Shown piece by piece: positions 1 to 11,404 of a DNA stretch of 32,000 nt. Below the pieces are notes generated by a model. It saw only the letters and a program-made list of their open reading frames with translations, made no database searches and was not told the DNA's origin. The DNA comes from Edwardsiella hoshinae NBRC 105699 = ATCC 33379 (GTDB lineage: Bacteria; Pseudomonadota; Gammaproteobacteria; Enterobacterales; Enterobacteriaceae). The stretch spans positions 89,382 to 121,381 of the forward strand of contig NZ_BAUC01000010.1 of the NCBI RefSeq assembly GCF_000474215.1, read 5' to 3'. A program made the position numbers and the translations under genes. Each line of letters opens with the position of its first letter. Position 1 is the stretch's first letter.

Positions 1-1317
1 CCAGGATCTACCTGCTGAGCACGCAGGAAAGGCAGTAAAAATAGGGCGGACAGACAGGCTGCCACGGAAATAACCACGAAAAAGCCATTCCAATGCCACA
101 CTTCCATTACCCGGGCGATCGGATAACCGGAGAGCGCGGCACCGAGGTAGGCGAACAGGCCGACGAATCCGGTAGCGGCTCCGGCGGCATCCTTGTGAGA
201 ACACTCGGCCGCCGCCATGCCGATCAACATCTGCGGTCCAAAGATAAAGAAACCGATGGCGAAGAAGCAGGCGGCTTGTAAGGCATAACTACCGCCCGGC
301 ATCAACCATAGCGCGGCCACAGAAAGGAAGATACCGATGGCAAAAATCAGGTTCATCGGGCCACGATTACCCCGGAACAGCTTGTCTGACCCCCATCCTG
401 CAACCAACGAACCGATAAAACCGCCGACCTCAAACAGCGATAGCGCCGAGTTGGCAGTCATCAGTGAGTAGCCTTTGGTCTGGGTCAAATACAGGTTACC
501 CCAGTCGTTGATCGCCGTACGCACGATGTAAACCAGTACATAGGAGACGGCCAACAACCAGATATACTTGTTGGTCAGCACATAGCGTTTAATGATTTCT
601 TTATTGGACAGTCCTTTACCTTCAGACTCTTGTACCAACTCCAGGGCATCGTCACGCCACTTACCCACACTCGGCAACCCCAGGGTGACCGGCTTGTCAC
701 GCAGGCGCCAGCACATCAGCAATCCCAACACAATCCCGATAATCCCCGGGATGATCATGCCGTAACGCCAGCTGAAATGCAGCGAGATGAACCCCACTAG
801 CAACGGGATCAGCGCACCGCCGACGTTATGCGAAGTATTCCAGATGGCCCACCAGCTGCCACGCTCAGCGCGCGAGTACCAGCTTGTCAGGATCTTGGAG
901 CAGGGCGGCCAGCCCCAGCCTTGGAAGAACGCATTCACCATCCACAGCGCACCCAGCACCAGCAGCGAGGAGCTCATGCCAAAGACGATATTGATAATCC
1001 CGGTCATGATCAGTCCTAACCCCATAAAATAACGTGGGTTGGAACGGTCACTGATCATCCCAGAGATGAATTTAGAGCAGCCATAGGTGATGTAGAACAG
1101 TGTCCCCATGATGCCGATATCGGACATGCTCAATCCCAGATCGCTGATCATCTCCGGCATGATGAAGTTGAAGCTTTTGCGCGTAAAGTAGAAGGCTGCA
1201 TAGCCAACATACATCACCCACATCAGTTGGATACGCCAATATTTATAGGTGGCGTCAACCTTGGCGCGATCCTGGATCTCGGGCGCGTCGGGGCGGCTTT
1301 TCAGGAAAAACCACATG
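1..1317 (-). CDS. uhpC: UhpC-like MFS sensor/transporter, with the 3' end just off the window
   Basis: Not in the ORF track because no stop lies inside the window. My translation from the ATG at 1317 gives MWFFLKSRPDAPEIQ..FYFTRKSFN..GPQMLIGMAAAECSHKDAAGAATGFVGLFAYLGA..LLPFLRAQ. This is collinear with E. coli UhpC as I recall it and matches UhpC better than UhpT. It lies downstream of uhpA-uhpB, as in the uhpABC order. Confidence 0.85.
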
Positions 1318-1421
1318 GGAAAATACCTCGTGCGTGGAAACTCATCGTTGTAGCCACTATGGTGCGATGTCAGCGCGCGGGATAACTAATACAAATCTCC
1401 TGACCTCACTAGGAAAAACTC

Positions 1422-2957
1422 TTAGTTCGTACGCTCTGCGGGTAAAACTGCGGGCAAGATCACAGCCAGTCGCGTCCCTTGGCCGCTCTCTAACTGGAGT
1501 TCACCACCCATAGCACAGATACGCTCACGCAGGCCACGTAATCCATACCCCGGCGTCAGCGTCGCCAAATCGATGCCGCAACCATCATCGCGAATGGTGA
1601 TATGCAGCAACCCCGCAGCATCTTGCCAACCATGTAGCGCGACATGGCTGGGACGGGCGTGACGACAAGCATTAGTCACCCCCTCCTGGCATAGGCGGTA
1701 CAAGGTGATCTTCAGGGTATCATCCAGTACGGACTCATCGATGCGCCAATCCAGCTGCGCCGTGATCCCCTGATCGGGCGGCAATAGGTCGCGTAGCAAC
1801 GCCGCCAACGCCGCCGCCAGCGGTAAAGTGCTCAGTGACGCTGGCCACAGTTGCGCCAACAGCTCATGCACCCCGTCGTAGACCCGCAGGGCATAATTCT
1901 CTATCGCCTCTGCACTGGCCAACAGGCGCGGCTCATGACTCAAACGACGAATGATCCCCGCCTGAGTACGGATCACCGTGATGGTCTGACCGACTTCATC
2001 GTGCAACTCACGGGCGATCTCTCGCCGGGTAGTTTCCTGCGCCATCACCAGCGAACGCGCCAGTGAACGATTCTCCTCCAGACGCTGCCTCAACTGGCGG
2101 TTGAGATCGCGTTGGCGTTCGATCCCCGCGCCCAACAACATACCGGTCAGACTCTGAACCAACAGCGAGAGCAACAGATCGCGATGCGGCGCCGCTCCCT
2201 GCGGCTCTGTTGCGATCAACACCACACCGTTGAGCAGGGTCGCCAATAACGCCCCCTGCCACCCGTAACGGTAAGACATAAAGACGATAGGGATCGCCAA
2301 ACAGAAAGGGACAAAACGACGCAGATCGGCATGCTGTGCCAGGTGCTGTAGCCATAAGCTCAAGGCGAACAACAGTAAGTAAGCGCCAATATGACGCAAG
2401 CGTAGATTAACCGGGCGGTGCAAGATCCCCGGCATCAGCGGCAACCAGCTCTGTTGTGCCAGATAATGCCAAATCAACAGACAGGTCGGTGCCACTGTCA
2501 AGCCGCCGCATAGCCCCAATAGCAACGCCGGTCCTGGCATGGCGCCGTCCAGCAAGGCCCAGAGCAACGCCTGCAATAGCGCCGCCAACGCCACCACGCC
2601 ACCTTGCTGCAACGGCCAGCGCCACTCGGTGCCCGGAGATTGCTGACGGCGTAACCATGCACCGAGCCCCCAGGACAAAATCAGGCACGACAACAGTGCA
2701 AGCAGTGTGGCACCCAGCCACGCGCCCACACCGAATTGATTCGCTAAGAAGCATTGGATAGCCACATCGCCGGCTACGATCCCCGGCCAGTAACGCGGCG
2801 CAGTCTGTAATAAGATGCCCATCCGCAGGCCAAAGGGGAATAGCAGCAAAGCCTCGACAGGCGAGGCCACCAGTGCCGCACCGATGGCCCACAGACAAAA
2901 GCCGGCGATGGTATAACAAAAGAAGATAGCCAGGGCAGAGATCAGGTGTTGCATCAC
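1422..2957 (-). CDS. uhpB: Sensor histidine kinase UhpB
   Basis: 511-aa ORF with a polytopic N-terminus. It has an H-box (ELHDEVGQ) and a C-terminal ATPase region typical of NarX/UhpB-class kinases. It overlaps uhpA by 4 nt (ATGA-type coupling). Confidence 0.85.
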   Translation of the reverse strand: MMQHLISALAIFFCYTIAGFCLWAIGAALVASPVEALLLFPFGLRMGILLQTAPRYWPGIVAGDVAIQCFLANQFGVGAWLGATLLALLSCLILSWGLGAWLRRQQSPGTEWRWPLQQGGVVALAALLQALLWALLDGAMPGPALLLGLCGGLTVAPTCLLIWHYLAQQSWLPLMPGILHRPVNLRLRHIGAYLLLFALSLWLQHLAQHADLRRFVPFCLAIPIVFMSYRYGWQGALLATLLNGVVLIATEPQGAAPHRDLLLSLLVQSLTGMLLGAGIERQRDLNRQLRQRLEENRSLARSLVMAQETTRREIARELHDEVGQTITVIRTQAGIIRRLSHEPRLLASAEAIENYALRVYDGVHELLAQLWPASLSTLPLAAALAALLRDLLPPDQGITAQLDWRIDESVLDDTLKITLYRLCQEGVTNACRHARPSHVALHGWQDAAGLLHITIRDDGCGIDLATLTPGYGLRGLRERICAMGGELQLESGQGTRLAVILPAVLPAERTN

Positions 2958-3550
2958 TGCCCCAACAGGCGGCGCGCCAGCTCGACGTTGTTATTCACCC
3001 CGAGTTTGACGAACAGATTAGCGCGATGGACATGAACGGTCTTCGGCGATAAACCGAGACGCTCAGCGACCTCGCGCACCTCAAGCCCTTGAGCCAGCAT
3101 CATCGCCACCTCACGCTCGCGGCGTGTCAGCGGATCGATACGGGTACGCGCCAGCTGTTGCGCGATCTCTGGCATCAGATAAACACCGCCCTGGGCGACA
3201 GTACGTACCGCACTGGCTAAATCCTCGGGGCGACAACGTTTCGAGAGAAAACCGCGCGCCCCACGATCGAGCGCCAGCTCGACCAACGCCGCGCTATCAT
3301 GCATCGACAACATGATCACCGCCAGCCCGGAGGGCAGATCGGCCAAAAGATCTAGGCCACTTTCATCCGGCATCGAAATATCGCAGATACAGACATGTAC
3401 ATCCAATCCCGGTAGACCGGCCCGCGCCTCTGCCGCCGAGCTAAACTCGCCGACGACCGCCATATCCTCCTCCAGCGACAGCAACTGGACGAAGCCGGAA
3501 CGCACGATATAGTGATCGTCAATAAAGGCAATACGATAGGTCATGGTCAA
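2954..3550 (-). CDS. uhpA: Response regulator UhpA (NarL/FixJ family)
   Basis: 198 aa. It has a receiver domain ([19 protein letters not shown]) and a LuxR-type HTH ([19 protein letters not shown]). It is nearly collinear with E. coli UhpA as recalled. Confidence 0.9.
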   Translation of the reverse strand: MTMTYRIAFIDDHYIVRSGFVQLLSLEEDMAVVGEFSSAAEARAGLPGLDVHVCICDISMPDESGLDLLADLPSGLAVIMLSMHDSAALVELALDRGARGFLSKRCRPEDLASAVRTVAQGGVYLMPEIAQQLARTRIDPLTRREREVAMMLAQGLEVREVAERLGLSPKTVHVHRANLFVKLGVNNNVELARRLLGQ

Positions 3551-3628
3551 CTCCGGCGGGCAACAACAGTGCGCGAATTATACACATATTCGGCCACATC
3601 CCGTAACTGTGGCCCACCGAGCGCCCTC

Positions 3629-5188
3629 TTACGCCAGCTTGAAGCTCTCCATGCTCTGCATCAATTGCTCACTCTGCGTCTCCAGCGAGGCGGTCGCCGC
3701 AGTAGACTCCTCCACTAGCGCCGCATTCTGCTGCGCCACCTGATCCATCTGTGCAATGGCCTGATTGACCTGCTCGATGCCACGGCTCTGCTCCTGAGAG
3801 GCACAGGAGATCTCCGACATCAAAGCGGTAACGCGCACCACCTCATCGGAGATCTTCGCCATGGTATCCGCAGCAGCACTGACGCGCCGCTCGCCTTCAC
3901 CCACCTGACGTACTGAATCTTCAATTAACAATTTAATCTCTTTCGCCGACTGGGCGCTGCGTTGCGCCAGATTGCGCACCTCGCCAGCGACCACCGCGAA
4001 CCCCCGCCCCTGCTCGCCGGCACGCGCCGCTTCGACCGCAGCATTCAACGCCAGGATATTGGTCTGGAAGGCGATTCCGTCGATCACGCTGATAATATCG
4101 GCGATCTTCTGCGAGCTTTGGGAAATACTGCGCATCCCAACGATCGCCTCGTTGACGATGGCCGCCCCTTGATTGGCACTATGAGACACCCCATCCGCGA
4201 GCAGATTCGCCTGCTCGGCATTGGCTGCGTTCTGACGCACAGTGGCTGTCAGCTGCTCCATACTGGCCGCCGTTTCTTCAAGTGAAGCCGCCAACTCCTC
4301 AGTACGTTGCGAGAGATCGCTGTTGCCGGCGCGTAACTCGCGAGCTCCCACATCAACGTGCTCACTGGCATCGCGTACGCGACGCACAGTACCAGCCAAC
4401 GCCTGCTGCATCTGTGTCAATTTCTGCCCGAGTAGGGCTATCTCGGAGCGACCGCGTAACGTCAACGACTGCGCCAGATCCCCATTAGCGATCTGCCCAA
4501 CGTGCTCATCCAATTGCATCAATGGTTGCAAGATGATGCGGCGTAACGCATACCAACAGAAGCCCCCTACGCCCAGCAACAACAGGCAAGCCGATATGAT
4601 CAGCGTCATCGCGCGCTGATAATCCCGAGCGGCCTTTTGCAATGCCTCTCGCCCCAAGGCATCGGCAAACTGGCGGAACTCGCGTAAATCGCGATCATAT
4701 TCAGTGGAATGATGACTGACCTGATTCTCCAGCAGACTGTAATAAGCATCCAAATTCTGCTGTGCTAATGCCTGCACCATCGGCAGTAAACCATCATGAA
4801 TGTAAGACTGGTAGCTCTGTTCCAGACGTGAACTCAGGCGTTGACCTTCGACGGTGACCTTCTTCAACGCGGAGAACTGCGCCATGATTTGATCGGACTC
4901 GGCGATCAACCTCTCCGCCGTCTGGCGACTGGCGTCGGCATCGGCCATGTGCGCTAACGTCAACTGCCGAGCCGCAACGGCAGCGGCGGAGCGCGCACGC
5001 AGCGTGGCACTAAACCCCGTTGAGAGCGGCCCTAACTCATCCGCCTGCAACTGATTAACGACCGCCAGAGAGTGATTACTCTGACGCAAAAAATAAATTC
5101 CCATGCTGCTGATAAAAAGCAGTAATAAGGTATAAGTACAGATTATGACTAATAATCCGCCACGAACTGTTATACGTTGATTCATCAA
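3629..5188 (-). CDS. Methyl-accepting chemotaxis protein (two TM segments, periplasmic 4-helix-bundle-type sensor, HAMP, MA domain)
   Basis: 519 aa. It carries the conserved signalling hairpin [44 protein letters not shown]. No C-terminal NWETF pentapeptide is present. Confidence 0.9.
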   Translation of the reverse strand: MMNQRITVRGGLLVIICTYTLLLLFISSMGIYFLRQSNHSLAVVNQLQADELGPLSTGFSATLRARSAAAVAARQLTLAHMADADASRQTAERLIAESDQIMAQFSALKKVTVEGQRLSSRLEQSYQSYIHDGLLPMVQALAQQNLDAYYSLLENQVSHHSTEYDRDLREFRQFADALGREALQKAARDYQRAMTLIISACLLLLGVGGFCWYALRRIILQPLMQLDEHVGQIANGDLAQSLTLRGRSEIALLGQKLTQMQQALAGTVRRVRDASEHVDVGARELRAGNSDLSQRTEELAASLEETAASMEQLTATVRQNAANAEQANLLADGVSHSANQGAAIVNEAIVGMRSISQSSQKIADIISVIDGIAFQTNILALNAAVEAARAGEQGRGFAVVAGEVRNLAQRSAQSAKEIKLLIEDSVRQVGEGERRVSAAADTMAKISDEVVRVTALMSEISCASQEQSRGIEQVNQAIAQMDQVAQQNAALVEESTAATASLETQSEQLMQSMESFKLA

Positions 5189-5384
5189 TTATTCCCTGTA
5201 AATAACGCTTCGGCATGGGATCATCCCTCAGCCGGTCGATCGCGAGGCCGACGTTGACGTTATCGGTCATCCAGGGAAAAACTTGAAGCAGATCACATAA
5301 TATCGCTGGGCGTAGAAGGGAATAGGTGACGACAGGAACTACCAGCGCCGCCGGATTCGACGCTGGATGAGAGACGTCGCCCCT

Positions 5385-6194
5385 TTAACGGCGACTCATC
5401 GCCTCTGATTTCGCAATACAACGGCCGATCGCTTCAATCACCGCGGCTCGCATTCCTCTCTCTTCCAACGCAGCAACCGCCTCAATCGTAGTACCGCCGG
5501 GCGAGCAGACCATGTCTTTCAATTCAGCAGGATGTGTGCCAGTCTCCAACACCATCTTAGCCGCGCCCATCACCGCCTGAGCGGCGAACTGATATGCCTG
5601 AGCACGCGGCATCCCCGCCTGTACCGCCGCATCCGCCATCGCCTCAATAAACATGAAGACATAGGCCGGTGCCGAACCGCTCACCCCGACTACAGCGTGG
5701 ATCAGCCCCTCTGGCACGACCTCCGCACGCCCGAAGCTCCGGAACAGGGCGACGATACGCGCACACTCCTCGGCACTGACGCGACTGTTAGGCGTCACCG
5801 AAGACATGCCGGCATTGACTAATGAAGGGGTATTCGGCATCACTCGCACCACTTTCTGCTGTGCCGCTAACCCTTCCTGTAGGGTGGCTAACGTCACGCC
5901 CGCCGCAATAGAGACCACGATAGTTTCGGGACGCAACGCTGACTTAATCTCACCCAATAGGGCTCCCATACCATTGGGCTTCACCCCCAGAACCACGATA
6001 TCCACCTCGGCTACCAGCGCCTGAGCATTCTCCGCCGCCTTTACGCCATATTCATCGACGATGGCTCTGACGCTATCCGCAGTACGGTTATACACCCAAA
6101 TATCTTGCGCCCGTGCACATTGGCTGGTGAGCAGCCCTCCGAGGATAGCCCGGCCCATGTTGCCACAGCCGATAAAACCGATTTTTTGCTCCAT
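5385..6194 (-). CDS. proC: Pyrroline-5-carboxylate reductase
   Basis: 269 aa, the same length as E. coli ProC. It starts MEQKIGFIGCGNMG and contains MPNTP, SGSAPAYVFMFIEAMADA and CSPGGTTIEA. Confidence 0.9.
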   Translation of the reverse strand: MEQKIGFIGCGNMGRAILGGLLTSQCARAQDIWVYNRTADSVRAIVDEYGVKAAENAQALVAEVDIVVLGVKPNGMGALLGEIKSALRPETIVVSIAAGVTLATLQEGLAAQQKVVRVMPNTPSLVNAGMSSVTPNSRVSAEECARIVALFRSFGRAEVVPEGLIHAVVGVSGSAPAYVFMFIEAMADAAVQAGMPRAQAYQFAAQAVMGAAKMVLETGTHPAELKDMVCSPGGTTIEAVAALEERGMRAAVIEAIGRCIAKSEAMSRR

Positions 6195-6564
6195 ACATCC
6201 TCCAACCCAGGCTTTCAGTATTAAGACGGGGGGTCGGCTTCAGACCCACCCTACTCGCGCCAGACTACCACCAAGCGCCAGGGAAAAATATGCCGTTCAC
6301 ACAAGGGCACGGAACGACCACATCGTCACTAAAATAGCCGGTTACGGCGGAGTAAGAACAGCGAAGGAACATGACGGGCAGAGAATGACAACAGCATACG
6401 CCACGGCAACTCTCCACATCACGCTGGAGCAGCGGCACTAACCTCCTTGACGAAGCGAGCGCCTTCACGCGCGCTAAAGGGAGAGGCCGGATAACGCTTA
6501 TCGTGGTACTCCGCGGCCATCTCGGCATCAAGTATGGATAGCACAGCATGCACCGCCTCACCCA

Positions 6565-6591
6565 CCCACGTGACCCACGTGACCCACGTGA
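6565..6591. repeat. Three perfect tandem copies of a 9-bp unit CCCACGTGA, each with a CACGTG palindrome
   Basis: Read directly from the sequence. The repeat lies immediately downstream of the idi stop codon. Confidence 0.9.
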
Positions 6592-6592
6592 C

Positions 6593-7141
6593 TCAGCCTG
6601 GATGAGCGGCGAGATGCTGCAAGACTTGTGGCAGACAGAGACGGAACCATGGCGTGTAGTCATTCGGCTGCTGGGCCATATGCTGTAGGATCTGCTCGGG
6701 AGTACGCCAGACAAATGCATCGACTTCTGCCAGATTCATCTGTGGATTCTGCTCGCTACGGCCAACGAAAACACGAGTGAGCTCATGTTCGGTCAACCCT
6801 TGGCCAACATCCACTCGGTAATACAGCGTCATGAGCGGATCTAACGCACACTGCATCCCCATCTCTTCTTGCAAACGACGCGTCGCCGCCTGCTCGATCG
6901 CCTCCCCTGGCAACGGATGGCTACAGCACGTATTACTCCACTGCCCACCCGCGTGGTATTTACCGGCCGCACGCCGTTGCAACAACAACTCACCCCGCGC
7001 ATTAAAGAGATAAACAGACAGGGCTCGGTGCAAGCATCCTTCACGGTGCGCCGCTAACTTCTCCATCCGTCCTAACGGTTTATCCTGCCGATCAACCAGA
7101 ACAACCTCAATCACCCGACTCCCCTCCCACCGATGCAACAT
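6593..7141 (-). CDS. idi: Isopentenyl-diphosphate delta-isomerase, type 1 (Nudix fold)
   Basis: 182 aa. The motifs LHRALSVYLFN, WSNTCCSHP and TEHE fit type-1 IDI. Confidence 0.8.
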   Translation of the reverse strand: MLHRWEGSRVIEVVLVDRQDKPLGRMEKLAAHREGCLHRALSVYLFNARGELLLQRRAAGKYHAGGQWSNTCCSHPLPGEAIEQAATRRLQEEMGMQCALDPLMTLYYRVDVGQGLTEHELTRVFVGRSEQNPQMNLAEVDAFVWRTPEQILQHMAQQPNDYTPWFRLCLPQVLQHLAAHPG

Positions 7142-7417
7142 GGAACGCTACCGTGTCATCGCGGATACACGGTACAAGAGTCGGCTACCATACCTTATCC
7201 CTGCCCACCTTTTTAGTATTGAACGGCTTTTCTTGTGAAAAATCTGACAATAGCACACCTTACGCTCTATCACGCATGGGAGATAAACAGGAGAGAAATG
7301 CATTAACGACGCCCGCAAATCGCGGATCACAACGCATCTGCCACCAGGTGTAAGACGGAGAAAACGCAGCGACATCCTTGTCAAACCACACCCGCCAGCA
7401 AAAGGGAAAGCACAGAA

Positions 7418-8182
7418 CTAGGGCAACATCACCCCATCACGATAACGATGCACATAATTCAACGGCGTCATGCCGTAATACTCCTTAAATACCGAAATAA
7501 AGTAAGAGGTGCTGCTATAACCACACAGTGCCGAAACCTGTGAAATGTTCTTATTGAAGACTAATAGCTGCTCTACCGCGTAGCGCATGCGGCAATCGGT
7601 GACAATTTTACTGTAGCTGGTCTGCTCATTTTTTAGTTTTTTCTTTAATGAGCTCGGACTCAGACACAGGCAACTGGCCACCGTCGTTAGACTCCAGGTC
7701 TTGTTGATATCGCTTTGAATAATGTTATAGACATTTGCACTGATGTTATTCCGCACCATCCGCATCAAGAAAGGAATAAAATTCTTATTGTTAAGAAAAA
7801 TGGATAGCGCGGCAAACGTCAGCGAACGCTTGCGTTCATACTCGATTTCATCGATATCCCGCATCACCGAGTGGCGCGCAGCCTCTTTGAAGACATATGG
7901 CGTTCGACAAGGCTCTATCATATAGACTGGAAAATTACGCGCTATCGGGGCATAGTTAGTAAGATCTTTTTTCAGAAAGTGCAGATAGTCTTTTATCAAA
8001 TCACGATTGATATACAGCACATAAGACGGCTCTAATGCCGAAAAGTCTATTGCATCACTTTCCACAGAAATCAACATCAAATGATTTGCATTAAACTTAA
8101 CCGGCTCGCCTTCGCTAAATCTGACATTTACATCACTTTCTGTTAAAACTATCGCACAACATTCATCACAGCAAAGTTTCAT
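7418..8182 (-). CDS. AraC/XylS-family transcriptional regulator (GadX/AppY-like architecture)
   Basis: 254 aa. It has a C-terminal double HTH (WSLTTVASCLCLSPSSLKKKLK..; ISQVSALCGYSSTSYFISVFKEYYGMTP). The gene is AT-rich relative to its neighbours. Confidence 0.8.
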   Translation of the reverse strand: MKLCCDECCAIVLTESDVNVRFSEGEPVKFNANHLMLISVESDAIDFSALEPSYVLYINRDLIKDYLHFLKKDLTNYAPIARNFPVYMIEPCRTPYVFKEAARHSVMRDIDEIEYERKRSLTFAALSIFLNNKNFIPFLMRMVRNNISANVYNIIQSDINKTWSLTTVASCLCLSPSSLKKKLKNEQTSYSKIVTDCRMRYAVEQLLVFNKNISQVSALCGYSSTSYFISVFKEYYGMTPLNYVHRYRDGVMLP

Positions 8183-8445
8183 AGCAGAACATCCTACAAA
8201 AAATGAACAAAATGCCTTATCTCACTACCACATCGTGGTGCTAGCGCATAGCATAAAAGAGAAGCCCAAAATTGGCCCCAATAATAAAATAACATACCGA
8301 ATAATATTATTATTTCAATGCCAGTCGCAAATTTCAACTGTAGCGTTATCTTTACACAAAAGATTGTTCAAATCTCACCTATAAATCCATCTTACTTTTG
8401 TACTAAACAGACCTAACATTAATAACTATCGATTATATCCAAATG

Positions 8446-8471
8446 AAAAAAGCGCGGAGTATTCTCCGCGC
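8446..8471 (-). terminator. Orphan rho-independent terminator
   Basis: The minus strand reads GCGCGGAG-AATA-CTCCGCGC followed by TTTTTT. No annotated gene ends near it. Confidence 0.5.
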
Positions 8472-9042
8472 AATGATTACCTAGTTATTATAATGCTACG
8501 ATCTCTTTGCTACATTATCGTCAGTAGAGTACCGACAATAATTCTACCTGACGTAGGACTTATTACCGCTATCCTAGCCACATGCAGAAAAATCCGCACG
8601 CCATCCGCACCTAACGTCAATAATCCTGCATAATACCCTAGCAAATCTGCCTACAATAAAATTCTAGGCACACCACATGATGACCTTTATTATCATGCTA
8701 CGCTTACCGCGATGCAAATGGTAAAAAGCAGAGGACGGGAAACAAGAATCAATGGATAATCAAAACGTTAAATAAATAAATTAGCCAAATAGCACCATGA
8801 GTATTTACTCCGAAGGCGTATTTTTTTGTCTCATCGTTGTATCGGATCGTCGCCGCTCCCAGGCAAAATCTCACATATCACCGATAAGAAAAAAGCACCG
8901 CCTAGACACGCTCAATGACGCTAGCCAATCACCTGTTACCCGCTACCATAAAGGTTAGCGCTAACGACATGGGGCTGCGCCCGTACCCCCCACGCAGCCC
9001 ACCAGGCAAACACCTCAAGCCATCAAGAAACCGCGCTCCACT

Positions 9043-9471
9043 TTAGCGGATCACCAACACATTGGTCTTGGCATGACGGACAATAGCTGCCGCATTCGAT
9101 CCCAGCAGATACGTCTTCACACTGGGACGATGTGAACCCACCACGATCAAATCGGCGCCCATCTCTTCTGCCTGCAACAATGCCTCATCACGCGGAGTAC
9201 CGAAGCGAATGGTGTAAGACATTCGCTCACGAGGCAGATCGATACGATCGATCAACGTCAGTAACTTCTCCTCTGCGTTCGCCACTGCTTTATTTTCAAA
9301 CTCTTTGATTCCAAAGGAGTATGCTGTGACGAATGCCTGGGCATCAGGCAACACATACAGGAAATGCACCTCGGCATCCGTCAGTTTAGCCATGTAAATC
9401 ACATGCTCTAGCGCATTTTGCGTCAGCAGGTCCTCTTCGATATCGACAGGTACTAAAATGTTCTTATACAT
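9043..9471 (-). CDS. Universal stress protein, UspG/UspF-like
   Basis: The ORF spans 9043..9510. The preferred start is MYKNILVPVD at 9471, preceded by GGAAGAGGGAG. This gives 142 aa ending GSNAAAIVRHAKTNVLVIR, as in UspG/UspF. Confidence 0.85.
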   Translation of the reverse strand: MYKNILVPVDIEEDLLTQNALEHVIYMAKLTDAEVHFLYVLPDAQAFVTAYSFGIKEFENKAVANAEEKLLTLIDRIDLPRERMSYTIRFGTPRDEALLQAEEMGADLIVVGSHRPSVKTYLLGSNAAAIVRHAKTNVLVIR

Positions 9472-10101
9472 CGTCACTCCCTCTTCCTGACTCACCGTAA
9501 AACAGCACAATTCCCGCGTAGCTCAGCACACCGAGCCTCCGTCACGACTCCCCCAGGCGCTCTGGCCTAACACGCTAAGCATACTGCCTGATAAGAATAG
9601 ACAACATTGTGTTACCACGCTTTTGTGAGATACCACAGGGTATGACCTCCACTCCCCATCCTACACCCTGATGAAAACGCGCACCGGCACTTCGTCATCC
9701 ACTAGCGCAGTGTAAGCTAGTGCACAAGCGTAACCCGACACTTTTCATTTCACGTCAAATGATAACGCATCGCTAAGCTCAGCGCGAAAATCAACAATCA
9801 AACGAAAACACGATAATTTTTTTATTCTCCATTATTTCTTCATTTTTTATCGTACTCAGCGACAATGTGAAGGAATTATAAATAAGCCCAAATACAGAAC
9901 GCTTTTTTGTTTTTACCGCACCCCTTTTGCATATTATCACATTGTATTCAACAGCACTTTACGTTAAATACGCAAGCAGACAGCATAAAAATCCCACGCT
10001 ATAATCGTCGATAAATAGCACAGAGAATTTAAATACTCACGATGAGTAGGGCATGACATGCACCTAATTCTTAACAGAAGAACCCTTACCCGGAGTCCAT
10101 T

Positions 10102-10248
10102 ATGAGATATATCGTCTTATTGCTCGCCGCCCTAGCACTAAGTGGCTGCGCCCATACCCCTCCAGTCCACAACAATAATTTCGGCAATCTCGCCGATTGT
10201 GGCATGTGTAGCTACAACGATACCTTCTTTGCCAGCTTCGACGAGTAA
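10102..10248 (+). CDS. Small putative lipoprotein (48 aa)
   Basis: It falls below the ORF-track size cut-off. GGAG lies 6 nt upstream of the ATG. The sequence MRYIVLLLAALALSGC has a signal peptide and a lipobox (L-S-G-C). Confidence 0.55.
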   Translation: MRYIVLLLAALALSGCAHTPPVHNNNFGNLADCGMCSYNDTFFASFDE

Positions 10249-10602
10249 TCGTGGGCAACGAAGCCTCCCCGTTGCCCCAGCATCTGCGGCTCGCCCCGCA
10301 AGCCTCCACTAAGCGAGCCGCCCGATGACGCTTGGCGCATCTCACCGCCTCATCAGCCCGTAACCACACCCACACAGGTAATGCCGCAGAAGCCATGGGA
10401 CAACCTGCTCACGCATCCAGCCACAGCAGTGGCATTTACCACTCAGCGTGTAGGCTTGCCCCATCGCGACGAAAAAAACGAAACGCTCTCAACACGCGCC
10501 GCCAAGAGAATGGCTCAGGCCCCCACCTCGCACAACCGCACCATACACCGTCGGCGACTCGACGAAAACGACACCGTCACGCTTTATCATAGCCACGTGC
10601 AC

Positions 10603-10947
10603 TCAATCGACCAGATGTGTTGCTGCGAGCGCGTTGACAAACTCACGCTTAAGCAAAATATCGGAGATAAAAATCACCGTAATATGCTGCTCCTCTTGAA
10701 TATAGGCGGCACGAAAACAGTGTGGTTTCAGCACGATTTTATATTCTAGAATAGTTTTTCCCCGATGCTTTAACCCCCAAGCTGCCTTAATCTTATGGGG
10801 GCGCTGACGGATAATCTGCGCTAATTCATGGTAGAGATTTGCTTTGACCGCCGCCTCGTCACGCGCAAATTTTTTAAAAAATGCGCGTATCGCCGTATTG
10901 TCATCAATAGTCACCGTTAATGCCGCTGCAAAGAGATCCCCACTCAT
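10603..10947 (-). CDS. Possible RelE/ParE-fold toxin-like protein (tentative)
   Basis: 114 aa, taken from the ATG preceded by a strong AAGGAGG. The C-terminal pattern LEYKIVLKPHCFRAAYIQEEQHITVIFISDILLKREF resembles the RelE/ParE beta-sheet core. The assignment rests on pattern only. Confidence 0.35.
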   Translation of the reverse strand: MSGDLFAAALTVTIDDNTAIRAFFKKFARDEAAVKANLYHELAQIIRQRPHKIKAAWGLKHRGKTILEYKIVLKPHCFRAAYIQEEQHITVIFISDILLKREFVNALAATHLVD

Positions 10948-11042
10948 GCCATCCTCCTTCATCACCCAGCTCCCCCAAAACGGTGAGTGTTCAAGTGAAA
11001 TAGGGTAGCGCGCCAGCGCTGCACACGACATCTCAAATCTAC

Positions 11043-11381
11043 TCAGCTACCTGCGAGGGAGACAATGACTAAAACCACCCGTCGCAGACCCATGGCATGC
11101 AGCATCGCGTCAATTTTCGTCTGTACCGCCGTGCCCCGCCCCCGGCTCTCCTCCACCTGCGCCCCCTGTCCAGAGGAAACACCACATTCGTCCGCCATCT
11201 TGTCCCACAGCAACGCTCCAACCTCCTGAATGATGAGAGCGCTGATACAGTGTTCTCTTTCCTCAACGCCAGTTGAATCGACGAAACTCGGAGCCCCTCA
11301 TTCCGGTATCATAACCCGCGGGCAAGAGCCCCACAGGAGCCATTCATCGCACCTCGGCCAAACTGCCTTCCCTCGATACAC
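11043..11381 (-). pseudogene. XRE/HigA-like HTH antitoxin, apparently interrupted by an in-frame TGA
   Basis: My own translation of one minus-strand frame gives ..ISALIIQEVGALLWDKMADECGVSSGQGAQVEESRGRGTAVQTKIDAMLHAMGL.. , which is HTH-like. The same frame has a TGA at 11298-11300. The first ATG after it is at 11198. Confidence 0.35.
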
Positions 11382-11404
11382 ATACGCGAATTATCGCCTG
11401 CACG

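Noticed and set aside
6265-6720. A 151-aa minus-strand ORF containing SRGSRGSRG.
   Set aside because: It overlaps the idi 3' end and is created by the 9-bp tandem repeat. It has no RBS and no recognisable fold.
9511-9560. tRNA-like string CGCGTAGCTCAGCAC upstream of usp.
   Set aside because: Only a D-arm-like motif is present. I could find no acceptor stem, anticodon arm or T-arm (GTTCGA), so it is probably chance.
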